This document shows, in pieces, positions 13,430 to 24,912 of a stretch of 64,000 nt of DNA. Location of the stretch: the NCBI GenBank assembly GCA_965113315.1, contig OZ220373.1; one strand, given 5' to 3'. Within the stretch, counting starts at the first letter, position 1. Each line of letters starts with the position of its first letter. The position numbers and the translations under genes are program-made. A model generated the notes under the pieces. It was not told the DNA's origin and did not search any database. It was given only the letters and a program-made list of their open reading frames with translations. Source of the DNA: Podarcis vaucheri. Its lineage: Eukaryota.

Positions 13430-13733
13430 AGTCATCGTCTGCCATATTGGTGGTCACACAAGTAGGCAGGCCCAGGGAGAGGGGAGGGAATGTGCACTGC
13501 TGTCCCCTCTGTTAAACACATCTGCAGCAAGGCATAATGTAGCAGGGGAGGCTCTTCACACAGCAGTTTAGCAAGCCACTCTGTGAAGCACCTCCCCCAA
13601 ATTTTTAAAAGGAGAGTTGGTGAGCACGGGGGAGGCATAAAGGGAGCGTGTTTGGTCATGTGGGGGGAAAGGTCTGTTGGCAAGGAGGTAGGTGGGGTTG
13701 GTGGGTGGAGCAAGCAGTGGTGGCAGCCCCTAG
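13430..13733 (+). mobile_element. probable non-autonomous Helitron 3' portion
   Basis: Ends ggggttggtgggtggagcaagcagtggtggcagcccCTAG|T, similar to 11029-11066. Confidence 0.5.
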
Positions 13734-14118
13734 TGTGTATATGATTCAATGGATGATGGATGCTTAGCTTTTTGACTTGTTTCATATAGGCAAGAATAAA
13801 TGACACTTTTATCTGATTGGGTTTGTGCATTCATACTGTAATATTTACTCATAATTCCCCTTGATCATTCTGGGTACTCTTTTCTGAACCTTTTCTAGTT
13901 CTACAATATTCTTTTTTAGGCGCCGCAAGCAGAACTGCATATACTATTAAAAGATTACCAGAGATTAGTATAATGCTATGCTATTGACAGTTTTATTTTC
14001 AATCCCTTTCCTGATGAGTCCTAAAATAGATTTTTTTTACAGCTGTTGCACACTTTACATCTGTTGACATTTTTATTGCGATATTTACCACAGATATCTT
14101 TCCTGGTCATTCATTGCC

Positions 14119-14326
14119 AGTACTTAATTTGTTCTGGAGGTCCATTCTTAACCTGAAACTGTTCTTAACCTGAAGCACCACTTTAGCTAATGGGACCTCC
14201 CACTGCCGCCGTGGCACTGGAGCACTATTTCTGTTCTCATCCTGAAGCAAAGTTCTTAACCCGAGGTACTATTTCTGGGTTAGCGGAGTCTGTAACCTGA
14301 AGCGTATGTAACCCAAGGTACCACTG
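14119..14326 (-). mobile_element. MITE family A, one end truncated, inverted relative to the 12451 copy; lies in or next to a CR1-like fragment
   Basis: Reverse complement of the 12451 copy; ends ggtaccactg|ta. Confidence 0.85.
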
Positions 14327-14389
14327 TATATAAGTTTCAGCCAGCATATACAAGGCATTTTCTGGAGACTATATCAGCGTCTCACTGGG

Positions 14390-14930
14390 ATCAATTAATG
14401 CTATACACCCATCTTCATTTTGGGGATGTCCTTGAAGAATGGGTTATCCAGTTAATTGAAGTTGTAGCTTCCTTTGCTGACTCGAAGGCTGTGTGTGGCT
14501 GTATTCATGATAAACAGGTTCAGCAGCGATGAGATTGGTGCAATCCTGAAGTCTTTCTTCCCATTTGTCATTCCCCTTCCTATGTACATAGTACTTTTTT
14601 CACAAAATTATGATATGTAGTGCAAATAGCTTCATGACCTGGATTGATCAAAGTCAGTCTAGTCAGAACAGAAAAGACAATGCTGCTTCCAGTTACATGT
14701 GAAACAAGATGTTTAACCTGCACACTAACATTCCTGTTCATATCTAGATGTCTTTTTCTTTTCTTCTTTAGTGTACTTCTATTAACATGCTCTGTAAAGG
14801 AATATTATTGTGCTTGAGGGAGATGAATAGCATTCATTCAATGATTCAGTCACCTTGCTGCATTCTATAATTTTTTTTATCATTCTGTTTTTATTTGATA
14901 ACTTCGAAGCAAATAATGCAGTAAATTAGA
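14390..14930 (-). pseudogene. decayed Academ-like DNA transposase N-terminal fossil
   Basis: Minus-strand translation across stops and frameshifts: YCIICF...IKKIIECSK...YRAC**KYT...CNWKQHCLFC...NDKWEERLQDCTNLIAAEPVYH...GHPQNED. The order matches the motif series I recall for Academ(X) transposases. Confidence 0.55.
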
Positions 14931-16840
14931 TTTTCATAATGTTCGTTGCTGCCATCAGCATTGCCCATCACTGGTTACTGATTTGATAGGACTTGCAGTG
15001 AAAGAAAATAATTCATGTTTGTTGTTTCAGCCACTTTTTAAAATTTTCAGTTGTGAAGGAGTTTTAGATGAATTGCCACAACAGCATTTCATATCTTACC
15101 CCAAACCTTCATAATAGTTGCAACAAATGAAGTTGTATTTTTGATGCTGTTGGAAAATTTATTGTAGTTATCTCACTTTTCATTCAAATCCTTGTTTCTT
15201 TCTGTACCATTCTTGTGGTCATGGGCACATTTTTTGCTTTTGCTGCCACAAGGATGACAAGGTATTGCAGTTTTTAAGAACAGGCAATATCACTAGCTGC
15301 TCACTCGTAAAGGCTGCCTGATAGAGGCCCAGCACAACTGCAGTGTGTCCAAGCTCATAAATGTTGTGGTTTACATGCTGCTTTTCCTTTAGTGTTTTAT
15401 TCATTACCACTGCACTGGTGGTAGCCTAGATAAGTACCAGTCCATATGTAATACTACAACACAGTTAAAACTGACAAAGAAAGAGGATTGTGTTTGTAAA
15501 CCTGGGAGCCACTCTGTCTCTTAACCATGATTAAGAGATTGGCAGTATTATGTCTGCACAGGGCAAGAAAGTTCAGAAACCAGATTGGTTTCTTGCTAAT
15601 TTAATTGCTAAAATAGAAGGAGAACCTCTTTGAAATCAGCAGGTCTCCATGCTTTTTTCAATAGGTTCTTAAATAAACACATAACAAGGTTTCTTGTGNN
15701 NNNNNNNNNNNNNNNNNNNNNNNNNNNNNNNNNNNNNNNNNNNNNNNNNNNNNNNNNNNNNNNNNNNNNNNNNNNNNNNNNNNNNNNNNNNNNNNNNNNN
15801 NNNNNNNNNNNNNNNNNNNNNNNNNNNNNNNNNNNNNNNNNNNNNNNNNNNNNNNNNNNNNNNNNNNNNNNNNNNNNNCNNNNNNNNNNNNNNNNNNNNN
15901 NNNNNNNNNNNNNNNNNNNNNNNNNNNNNNNNNNNNNNNNNNNNNNNNNNNNNNNNNNNNNNNNNNNNNNNNNNNNNNNNNNNNNNNNNNNNNNNNNNNN
16001 NNNNNNNNNNNNNNNNNNNNNNNNNNNNNNNNNNNNNNNNNNNNNNNNNNNNNNNNNNNNNNNNNNNNNNNNNNNNNNNNNNNTTCAAGAATGTTAAAAT
16101 GCATATTTGCATTTTTATTTTATGAATTTACCTTCTTTTTCAGAGCAGTATATTTCCTCCTCCCCAAGTTAAATGTTCTGCTCTTGCAGGATTAGTAATT
16201 TTGAATTATTTTGTGTGCCTCAGCAGGTAAAGGGACCCACCAATAAACATAGAGGAAGATCATAGTTTATGGTGTATTAATTTTGGTACAAGCCATATTA
16301 TCTTCATTCTTACAAAAGAATAAAGATTCATATACCTATTAGGATATTGTGATAGTACAGTAGTGCTAGTCATACTGATATAAGACTTAAAATATTTAGT
16401 GTGTAAACACTCTAGCTTTTATTTCATAAAAATGAGTATCTTGAAAGCATGTCTTTCAAGTTCACCAATTCATTAGCTGTTGATTTTAAAATGTGCGTTC
16501 CAAGCTTAATTACATAGAATCATAGCGGTTGGTATAATTGTTGGGATAAGAATTCAGAACTTGCCTGGCAACTTTGCCTTCAGTAGGTAACAAAAAAGGT
16601 GATAAAGTAACTACATCTAGCACTGTGCGTTAAATTTTACTCATGAATTCAGTCATTGCAGTGATTATACAGACCTCTGGCCCATTGCTGAGTATTTCCC
16701 GAGTGAAGATACAGCTGATAAAATCACAAGTGCCCTGTTTTCCCTCATAACAGTCCTAAACTCTGAGGTTGCTGTTCTGTACCCATTTACCTGGTAGAAA
16801 GCCGCATTAAGCACAAAGAGACTTCTGAAATAGACATGTA

Positions 16841-17324
16841 CCGTATTTTCCGCCCCATAGGCCACACCGCCCCATAGGACGCACCTAGGTTTTTTTTTGG
16901 GGGGGGAATAAAGAGGGAAAAAAATATTTCCCTCCCAGATGCGGGGCTGGCGCGGGGGAAGCCCAAGCTTCCCCCGACCCCAGCCCCCAGAACAGCCTGC
17001 TATCCGCAAGCCTAGGGAACCCGGCGGAAGTCGCGCCGGTCTCCCTAGGGTTGCACAGAGCTGCGCGAAGCCCGGGGCTGCAGGCAGCGATCGGGAGCCG
17101 GGCTCGATTTCGCGCCGGGCTCCGGAGGGCTGCGCAGAGCTGCGCGAAGCTGGGGGCTGCAGGCAGCTCTGCGCAGTGATCGGGAGCCCGGCGCAACTCC
17201 GCGCCGGGCTCCTGAGGGCTCCGCAGAGCTTCCTGAAGCCTGCATTCGCCCCATAGGACGCACACACATTTCCCCTTTCATTTTTGGCGGGGGAAAAGTG
17301 CGTCCTATAGGGCGAAAAATACGG
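16841..17324. mobile_element. Tc2/pogo-type MITE (CCGTATTT TIR) with a GC-rich, internally repeated core
   Basis: ta|ccgtattttccgcccc...gggcgaaaaatacgg|ta. Confidence 0.88.
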
Positions 17325-18026
17325 TATATCATTGGACTGTAAGTTAACAATACAGTGAATTCTTAGTGAGTGCCTAAGCATCTTTGCAAAGTTTTCACAT
17401 TTTGCATTTACCATTTGTGAAGGGGATTCTTTAACTTCCACCTGCACTTATTGTATAGTAGTATTTTCAGAAAATACCTTCTGGGATCCAGAACCCCCAG
17501 GTCAGCTAAGTGCAGTGGTGGGGTGGCAATTGGAAGAGCTGGGCGAGCTAGAGCTGCTTGTTGCTGCTGCCAGTGCTGGGCCTGGTGGCAGGCTGGGCCT
17601 GACTCTGCAAGGTGCAGGGTGCAATTCACCCCAGCGCCTAGCAGATTACAGCCTTCGGATGTTGCCAAGGGGCGAAGGGCCCATCAGCAGCGATGGCATG
17701 GGGTGAAATCCACCCCAGCACCTAGCCGAGTGGGGTCATCTGGTGCTGCAAACTTGTTAACTTGTAAATAACTACTCAGACGAAACCTGCACTGAGTTCA
17801 GTGGGCCTTACTCCCAGGTAAAGGTGTGTGTTTTATCTCGGCAGCCAGGGCTCCTCCAGATGACAGTATCTTTTTGCACCAAGTCAGTGAGCACCACTTG
17901 TTTTTAAAATTGTCCCATATATACAGAACTTACAGACTGTATCTGTAGGTTCCCCTTCTGGGTCGAATAACTGGGGTCAAATAAGTGTTGTTTACTTTTT
18001 ATAATACTGTACATGGAAGATTGATC

Positions 18027-18155
18027 TCCCTAGGAAGGTTCTGGACTCTCCTTCCTTGGAGGTTTCTAAGCAGATGTTGGATGGTCATCTGCCGTTGATG
18101 ATTTAGCAGAGTTTCCTACATTGCAGGGGGTTGCACTAGAAAAATGATTCTATGC
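18027..18155 (+). mobile_element. CR1 3' fragment
   Basis: ggactctccttccttggaggtt...ggatggtcatctg...gattctatg. Confidence 0.7.
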
Positions 18156-18300
18156 TTTTCTGCTTCAACAATATTTCATTATGTTTCTATTATTTTATGT
18201 AATTGCATTTTGAATAAATTATAAAAATTATAAATAAAAATGTTCTATTTACAAACAAAACATTTAAATAGCTACTTTCTACCGGTAGAACAAGAGGGGG

Positions 18301-18438
18301 TATGGGCGTAGCCAGGATTTTAGTTAATGAGGGCAGGCTTTTGTTGGGGGGGGATAGAACCTCAGATTTGTATTGATTTGTATTGATTATTACTCATGGG
18401 GGACAGCTGTTCCCCCGCCCCCCTTGGATATGTCCATG
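18301..18438. mobile_element. small hAT-like MITE (atgggcgtagcc...ggatatgtccat) next to a Charlie-like end at about 18470-18503
   Basis: Imperfect terminal inverted repeats. Confidence 0.55.
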
Positions 18439-18577
18439 GTGGGGCACAGGAAGGAAACAAGGTTGGAAGGGGGCCACGGTCAGAAAAAGGTTGGGAAATA
18501 CTGGTCTATGGTGTTTCTGTCCCTAAATAGCTAATACCTAAGGAAAAAATGTGTACAACTTAAAAGCATGTGGAATA

Positions 18578-18932
18578 CAGTGGTACCTCACAAGACGAAT
18601 GCCTCGCAAGACAAAAAACTCGCTAGACGAAAGGGTTTTTTGTTTTTTGAGCTGCTTCGCAAGACGATTTTCCCTATGGGCTTGCTTCGCAAGATGGAAA
18701 CGTCTTGCAAGTTTGTTTCCTTTTTCTTAACACCGTTAATACAGTTGCGACTTGACTTCGAGGAGCAACTCATAGAATGCGGTGTGGTAGCCTTTTTTGA
18801 GGTTTTTAAAGACTTTGGTGATTTTTGAAGCTTTTCCAAAACTTTCCTGACACCGTGCTTCGCAAGACGAAAAAAATCGCAAGACGACAAAACTCGCGGA
18901 ACGAATTAATTTCATTTTGCGAGGCACCACTG
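18578..18932 (+). mobile_element. pogo/Tigger-like MITE, family B (GCAAGACG subterminal repeats)
   Basis: ta|cagtggtacctc...gaggcaccactg; repeated cgcaagacg motifs. Confidence 0.85.
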
Positions 18933-19728
18933 TGCTGTAAGAATGGCCCAGAGCAGCTAATGCCTAGTAATGCTGAGTCCTGCATTTTTACTAATTGTAG
19001 TTAGTGTTTACCTACAGTATATAAAGCTCTCCATTTCAAAGCCAGGATGACTAAAAAGAAGCTTAGGGCACCCTTTGTTCACCTAATTAGTTACACTCTT
19101 AAGTTTTAGATTCTACAGATATTTTTTGAGTTTTGAATAGAGTAACTTGGGCACAATAATTTTACAATCTTGTAGGTTTTAAGAAAACAACAGCAAACCA
19201 TTACTCTCCGAATCTTTTGTCTCTGCAGTATGATATTTGAAAACATTGAAGTTAGCATATGCTTTTTATAACATGCCAAATAATCAGGCAGTTATTTTAT
19301 GTGAACTCATAATGTCTCTTGATGGTCTCAGGGAAATGGGTGGTTAAGCGTATATGAAAGTATGGGTCTGTTTGGGGGAATAGATTTTGTACCCTGGAAG
19401 ATTCACTGATTGATCTCCAAGGTTTCGTGCTGTATTTGATTTATGGTTCGCCTATTATTCTAGTATATAGACATTCTACTTATTGAGCTTTTGCTTGGTA
19501 AGCTGAATTACAGAGGCCCAGGCAGCCAATAGATGTTTTTTCTTCAGGCTCTGAGAAAGAAACAGTGTTTGCCAGGAATCTGTTGAGAAATTTGAGCTGT
19601 AGTTCAAATTCAAAATATGCTAAACAAAATTTAGAAGGTGACATACCATATTTATGTTTTAGATGCTACCTGAAAGTGAAAAGTAAAGCAATATGTATGT
19701 TTGTATGCGTTTTTCTCACCTTTGATAG

Positions 19729-19887
19729 GAGGGAATTCTGGAAGAGTATAGTGAGAAGAATTTCTATGGATCTGAAGAAGAGCAGAAAGAGAAAAATCAG
19801 GAGGCAAACAAGCCCTATTCTATGGACCCAGACCACCGATTGCTTATACGAAATACAAAGCCTTTGCTACAAAGCCGGAATGCTGCT
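19729..19887 (+). CDS. AP3B1: AP3B1 exon 8 (159 nt) [53 protein letters not shown]
   Basis: ctttgatag acceptor, GCT|gtaaga donor; conserved MDPDHRLL motif. Confidence 0.93.
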
Positions 19888-20300
19888 GTAAGATTAACTT
19901 TCTTCATAAATGTCTTTGGGGGGGTTTAAAGCCAGGCTGTGTTTTTTAATTTAGCCATTGAAAATAGGCTGTACTGAGTACAATAGATATCCAAACATAA
20001 CCACCGTGTAATGTGCAGGCCTACCTTGCCATGTATTGTGGCTTAGTATATTTTAAAGCTGGGGGTGGGGGGCGGTTAGACCTTGAAGCTAGCTTTTTTT
20101 CCTACACTTGTTTTTTCATCTGCTGAGAAAGCTGCTTATAATTCAGAGAAAATAATGTAATACCTGATGTCTTTGAATATGTTCTTTTGCTTCAAGGAAC
20201 GTAAGAAATTAAAAATTTCTGTATGCAAATACGTTTATACTATGTGAAAGAAAAGCGTAATTACCAGATGAAAGGAGGTGACTTGTCGTCATTTTTTCAG

Positions 20301-20398
20301 GTGGTGATGGCAATTGCACAACTTTATTGGCATGTAGCACCCAAATCTGAAGCTGGGATTGTTGCTAAATCATTAGTACGTTTACTTCGTAGTAACAG
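20301..20398 (+). CDS. AP3B1: AP3B1 exon 9 (98 nt) [32 protein letters not shown](R)
   Basis: ttttttcag acceptor, CAG|gtaaat donor, phase 0/2. Confidence 0.95.
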
Positions 20399-21088
20399 GT
20401 AAATCAAGCATACTTTTCTGCTTATTTTCACAACAGTGGGTGGTAAAAAGTTATGAAAGGGTAAACTGGTTTTCATTTGTATAACAGTAATTTAGGTATT
20501 CATTATTCATACATGGATTTGATCAATATTTACAAAATCTGAAACATGTTAATAGTATTTAATGAGCTCAATTTTATAAAGCTCACTGGAAAAGAAGTAT
20601 AGTGTACATTCATAAGGTATAAATTTGGTTCAAAATCAAGATCTGGCACAAGCATACAATGGAAGTAGCTTTTAAAGATTAAGCTTCAGGATTTATGCAT
20701 TCCTTCTCCTGCCACCATTCTCTCATGTTAGTTCCCTACATACACCTATCCTGGCTTTTTCAAATGAAATGAAACCAGGTATGCTTCTGTAAATTTACTT
20801 TGACTATATGGGTTTAATCAAGGTTCTCAAAGGAGTGTACCAGATTTCATTTCCATCAATTTTGGCAATGTTTGCAATAACTCTAAACCCATTTAGTACT
20901 TTAAACAAAGAACTTGGATATTCCATTATATAACATATCTTCAAAATAATTTTGAAGAGCATTCTAAGAATTTGAATAACCTTTACTTTTGAATAACCTT
21001 TACTTTTGAAAATGTTTTGAATCTAGCTCTTTAAAAATGTTCAGTACTTAAGAGTTATGCATATTAATGATCTAACGTTGACTTTTAG

Positions 21089-21143
21089 GGAAGTACAGTA
21101 CATTGTTCTCCAGAATATAGCAACGATGTCAATCCAACACAAG
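21089..21143 (+). CDS. AP3B1: AP3B1 exon 10 (55 nt) EVQYIVLQNIATMSIQHK
   Basis: cttttag acceptor, AAG|gtttga donor; followed by a 92-nt intron. Confidence 0.94.
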
Positions 21144-21235
21144 GTTTGACGTTTTGAATACATAACTTCAAAATTGCTACATTTTAACCTCAGTATAATT
21201 GCTAAATATTGTTAATTTGTGTTTTCCCTCCCCAG

Positions 21236-21307
21236 GGCATGTTTGTGCCTTACTTGAAAAGTTTCTATGTTAGGTCAACTGATCCAACTATGATCAAGAC
21301 ATTAAAG
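21236..21307 (+). CDS. AP3B1: AP3B1 exon 11 (72 nt) [24 protein letters not shown]
   Basis: ttccctccccag acceptor, AAG|gtatgg donor. Confidence 0.95.
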
Positions 21308-21461
21308 GTATGGTTTTATATTTATAATAAGTACACTAATTATTCTTAATAGGTCAGCATTGACCTTAAGATAACAGTTTTGTAATACTAAAACAAAAAG
21401 AGCAAAATTCCAACTCATCTCCTTAGGAAATTTTATCTTGAGCAATATTATGAGGAATATA

Positions 21462-21754
21462 CCATATATACTTGAGTATAAGTCGACCCGAATATAAGCC
21501 GAGGCACCTAATTTTACCACAAAAAGCTGGGAAAACTTATTGACTTGAGTATAAGCCAGTTCACCACAGCACAAACCTGGTGGTGGCTGCAGCAGCGGAG
21601 GAATCAGGCTGCTCGCTTCTCCTCCAACAGCGGCAAAGACGGCAGTGGAGGAAGGAGCAGCCCAAAAGGACCCTCACTCGAGTATAAGCCAAGGGGGGCT
21701 TTTTCAGCATTAAAAATGTGCTGAAAAAGTAGGCTTATACTCAAGTATATACAG
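21462..21754. mobile_element. Tc2-type MITE (CCGTATATACTCGAGTATAAG-like TIR)
   Basis: ta|ccatatatacttgagtataag...cttatactcaagtatatacag. Confidence 0.83.
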
Positions 21755-22028
21755 TGCTCTGTGTTGTGAACAATTTAAATTTTAGATAGCATACTCTTGC
21801 ACATGTTTAATTAGTAGGAAAACTTGTGTTGAACAGGGCTTGCTTTCTAGTAAGTATAAAATCACTTGCTGAGTCTTTAAAAGGAAGACAAATTTTTTTT
21901 GAATGCAGAACCTTAGTGCAATTTGTAGTAAGCAATAAGTAAAAGATCTGCATTTAATTAATCTCTACTAATGTCAAAGAGGACAGAAATGTAAGTTGTT
22001 ACATGTAATTTGTTTAAATAATCTACTG

Positions 22029-22164
22029 CAGGCTTCCTCAACCTCGACCCTCCAGATGTTTTGAGACTACAATTCCCATCATCCCTGACCACTGGTCCTG
22101 CTAGCTAGGGATCATGGGAGTTGTAGGCCAGAAACATCTGGAGGGCCGAGGTTGAGGAAGCCTG
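22029..22164. mobile_element. hAT MITE, near-palindromic, 136 bp
   Basis: TIR CAGGCTTCCTCAACCTCG / CGAGGTTGAGGAAGCCTG; perfect 8-bp TSD atctactg. Confidence 0.93.
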
Positions 22165-22840
22165 ATCTACTGTATAGGAAGCAGGGGAAAAGTGAACAAC
22201 TTTCTTCCGTAATTAGTTATTAGAAAGATTGGGATTACATAAATTTGTGTATATTTTATATATATACACCACTAGAAATGCAGATGTGAAATTGTGAATT
22301 GAGTACAGAATATATAATGACTAACATGTTTTGAGTCTAAAGTCTCTCAACTTCAGAGTGACCTTGACTCTTCAGTTCCAAGTGAGGTACCCATTGCCAC
22401 AACTGATGATGCATTGTGGTTTCAGCTTATGCAGTCAGATGCGGTTGACAGGGTGCTTGTGGCTATTCACCCAACCATAGACCCTATTGATTCCTGTCCC
22501 TTTTGGCTTATTGGATCTCACAAAGGGTGTTTGACTGTTTGGGTCCAGAATGTAATTAACACTTCATAATGTGAAGGGATGGCCCCTGTTGCCTTGAGAG
22601 AGCCACTCCTAAAGAAGTTGGTGTGGAACCAGTTGCAAAGATCTGCTTCCTAGGGAAGGCAGTGGAAAAGGTCACCTATCTAGGCCTTTTTGAATCTGGT
22701 TTGAATTGGTCTTTGCTGAGAGTGGGACAAGGGGCATATGACCCTGCTTCTGTTTCTTTACCTTTCTGCTTCTTTACCTTTCATTACCATTCATTATGGT
22801 GTCCTCCTGGACTGGATCCAAGGAATGGAAATTGGGGGTA

Positions 22841-23064
22841 CAGTGGTACCTCGGGTTAAGAACTTAATTCGTTCCAGAGGTCCGTTCTTAACCTGAAATG
22901 GTTCTTAACCTGAGGTGTGCTTTCACCAATGGGACCTCGTGCTGCCACTGCGCCGCTGGCGTGCGATTTCCACTTATCTTGGGGCAAAGTTCTTAACCTG
23001 GAGCAACCACTTCCTGGTTAGCGGAGTTTGTAACCCAAAGCGTCTGTAACCCGAGGTACCACTA
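22841..23064 (-). mobile_element. MITE family A variant nested in an L2 fragment
   Basis: ta|cagtggtacctcgggtta...taacccgaggtaccacta|ta. Confidence 0.87.
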
Positions 23065-23133
23065 TACTGTGTTACAGTAGTTCTGGTTCATGGCTGAGTT
23101 CACAGAGTAGCATTGTCAGCCCTCTGGCAAATA

Positions 23134-24074
23134 CTGTATTTTTCGCTCTATAACACACACCCGACCATAACATGCACATAGTTTTTAGAGGAGGAAAACA
23201 AGGAGGGGAAAATCTAAACGAAACAGTGGATGTCTGATTTTTGTGGTTCATGCTGTGGCCACAGACATGTGATCTGACGGTGAGTTTGGGGTAGTCCAAT
23301 GCAAAAATCCTGAGGATCCATGTGGATCCACATTTTTGCATCACTGTGGCCCCAGGCAACAGTGGGTGCGTGGTTTTTTTGGTGCAAGCTGTAGCCATGG
23401 ACATGCTATGTGATCTGATGGTGAATTTGGGGTGACCCAGTGCAAAAGTCCTGAGGATCCATGTGGATCCGTGCTTTGTAACCACGTTTTAGGTGGGGTG
23501 TGGAGAGGGATGCTGCTAATAATGCAGGCGAGGGGTTTAAGGGGAGAAGGAACACGCGTGGGGTGTGTGGAGAGGGATGCTGCTAATAATGCAGAAGAGG
23601 GGTATAAGAGGAGAAGGCTCTTCTCCTCTCCCGCTTTGCTCCTTTGAAGCAAGCAGGCTCTGCTACTCTCCCACCTCCCCGGCTTAGCGTTTAGCGATCT
23701 GAAAAACCTCGCTGCTATTTAGCGAGCTGAGTGGGGAGGAGAGAGGGACATGGTTGCTTTAAAGGAGCCAACCGGACAGGAGCCGCTTACACTCGTGTAA
23801 GCGGCTCCTCTCCTCTCCTGCATTGCTACTTTGAAGCAAGCAGGCTCTGCTTCTCTCCTTCCTCCCCACTCAGCGGCTCTTCTCTCGCTTTGCTGTTTCA
23901 AAGCGAGCCACGGAGGAGGGAAGGAAGGGGAACCATGGATCCTCTGTTCACGACTGCAGCAGATCCACCACCACCCCCGCCGCCACCCGTAGGCATTCGC
24001 TCCATAACACGCACAGACATTTCCCCTTACTTTCTAGGAGGAAAAAAGTGAGTGTTATGGTGCGAAAAGTACGG
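23134..24074. mobile_element. Tc2/pogo-type non-autonomous element (about 940 bp) nested in L2
   Basis: ta|ctgtatttttcgc...gcgaaaagtacgg|ta; internal direct repeats (gatctga..gtga.tttgggg...cctgaggatccatgtggatcc twice). Confidence 0.85.
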
Positions 24075-24849
24075 TACGCCATGGGATGCCTTGGGGCACC
24101 ATTTTATCCCCAATGTTATTTAATAGCTACATGAAGCTTCTGGGAATGGTCATGAGGAGATTTGGGGCAAGGTGTCATTTATATGTTGATCACACATAGC
24201 TCTATTTGTCCCTAACATCTGAATTGGGAGAGGCAGTGCAGACCATGAACTAGCGCTTGGATGCAGTGGTGAGATGGATGAGGGAACATACCAGAATCTT
24301 GCCAAGATGGAGGCACTATGGGTCAGTGATTCCAGTGTCTGAGGACAAGTCACAACACCACAGCAGCTTAAAATTGTAAAGTGGGGCAGAGACTTATTCA
24401 GGTGTAGGGCAGGTGAGTGTGCCTTGCCCACAACAGCCTTTTGGGCCATATGGGGAAGTATGGCAGGCCTAATTAGGCCAACAGGCAAGAGGTTTCCAAC
24501 TCCTGAAGCGTTATATAATACAGGCATAGTGTTTATTTTTCTAGCTCCTTTTTCCAACTTCAGAAAAGGCCTCTCTTCTACACCTGGATAGAAGCTTCAG
24601 AACATTGCCTTAGGCATGGGCCATGTTAGGAGTTCTTACAATCCATATGGATCATATGAGATAACATACAGCTTTTCAATCAATTCCTTTAATCCTGACA
24701 ACAGTTCTCTTATTAAAAATTCATGGTGATTTATTTTCCAGCCTTCAACTTGCTGAGGGCTTTTCATTTTGTAATTCAGAACTGTTCACAATGTAGAAAA
24801 CATTCCTTATTCTTCCAAGTTTTCCTAATCAGATTCTTTTCTCTTTTAG

Positions 24850-24912
24850 CTTGAAATCTTAACTAACTTAGCAAATGAGGCCAACATTTCAACTCTTCTC
24901 AGAGAATTTCAG
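24850..24912 (+). CDS. AP3B1: AP3B1 exon 12 (63 nt) LEILTNLANEANISTLLREFQ
   Basis: ctcttttag acceptor, CAG|gtttgt donor. Confidence 0.95.

Larger units (their letters stand above)
22330..24420 (+). mobile_element. L2-clade LINE RT fragment interrupted by two MITEs
   Basis: Degenerate G.P.G.ILSPMLFN.YMK.LG at about 24080-24145; the sequence reads through the TA insertion sites; boundaries approximate. Confidence 0.7.

Noticed and set aside
16665-17447. 260-aa minus-strand ORF and overlapping ORFs
   Set aside because: They span the GC-rich MITE 16841-17324. They are open only because stops are rare in GC-rich repeats, and I recognise no domain.
18578-18932. Regularly recurring cgcaagacg motifs resembling a CRISPR-like array
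   Set aside because: They are short, irregularly spaced subterminal repeats inside a TA-flanked MITE in a eukaryotic intron.
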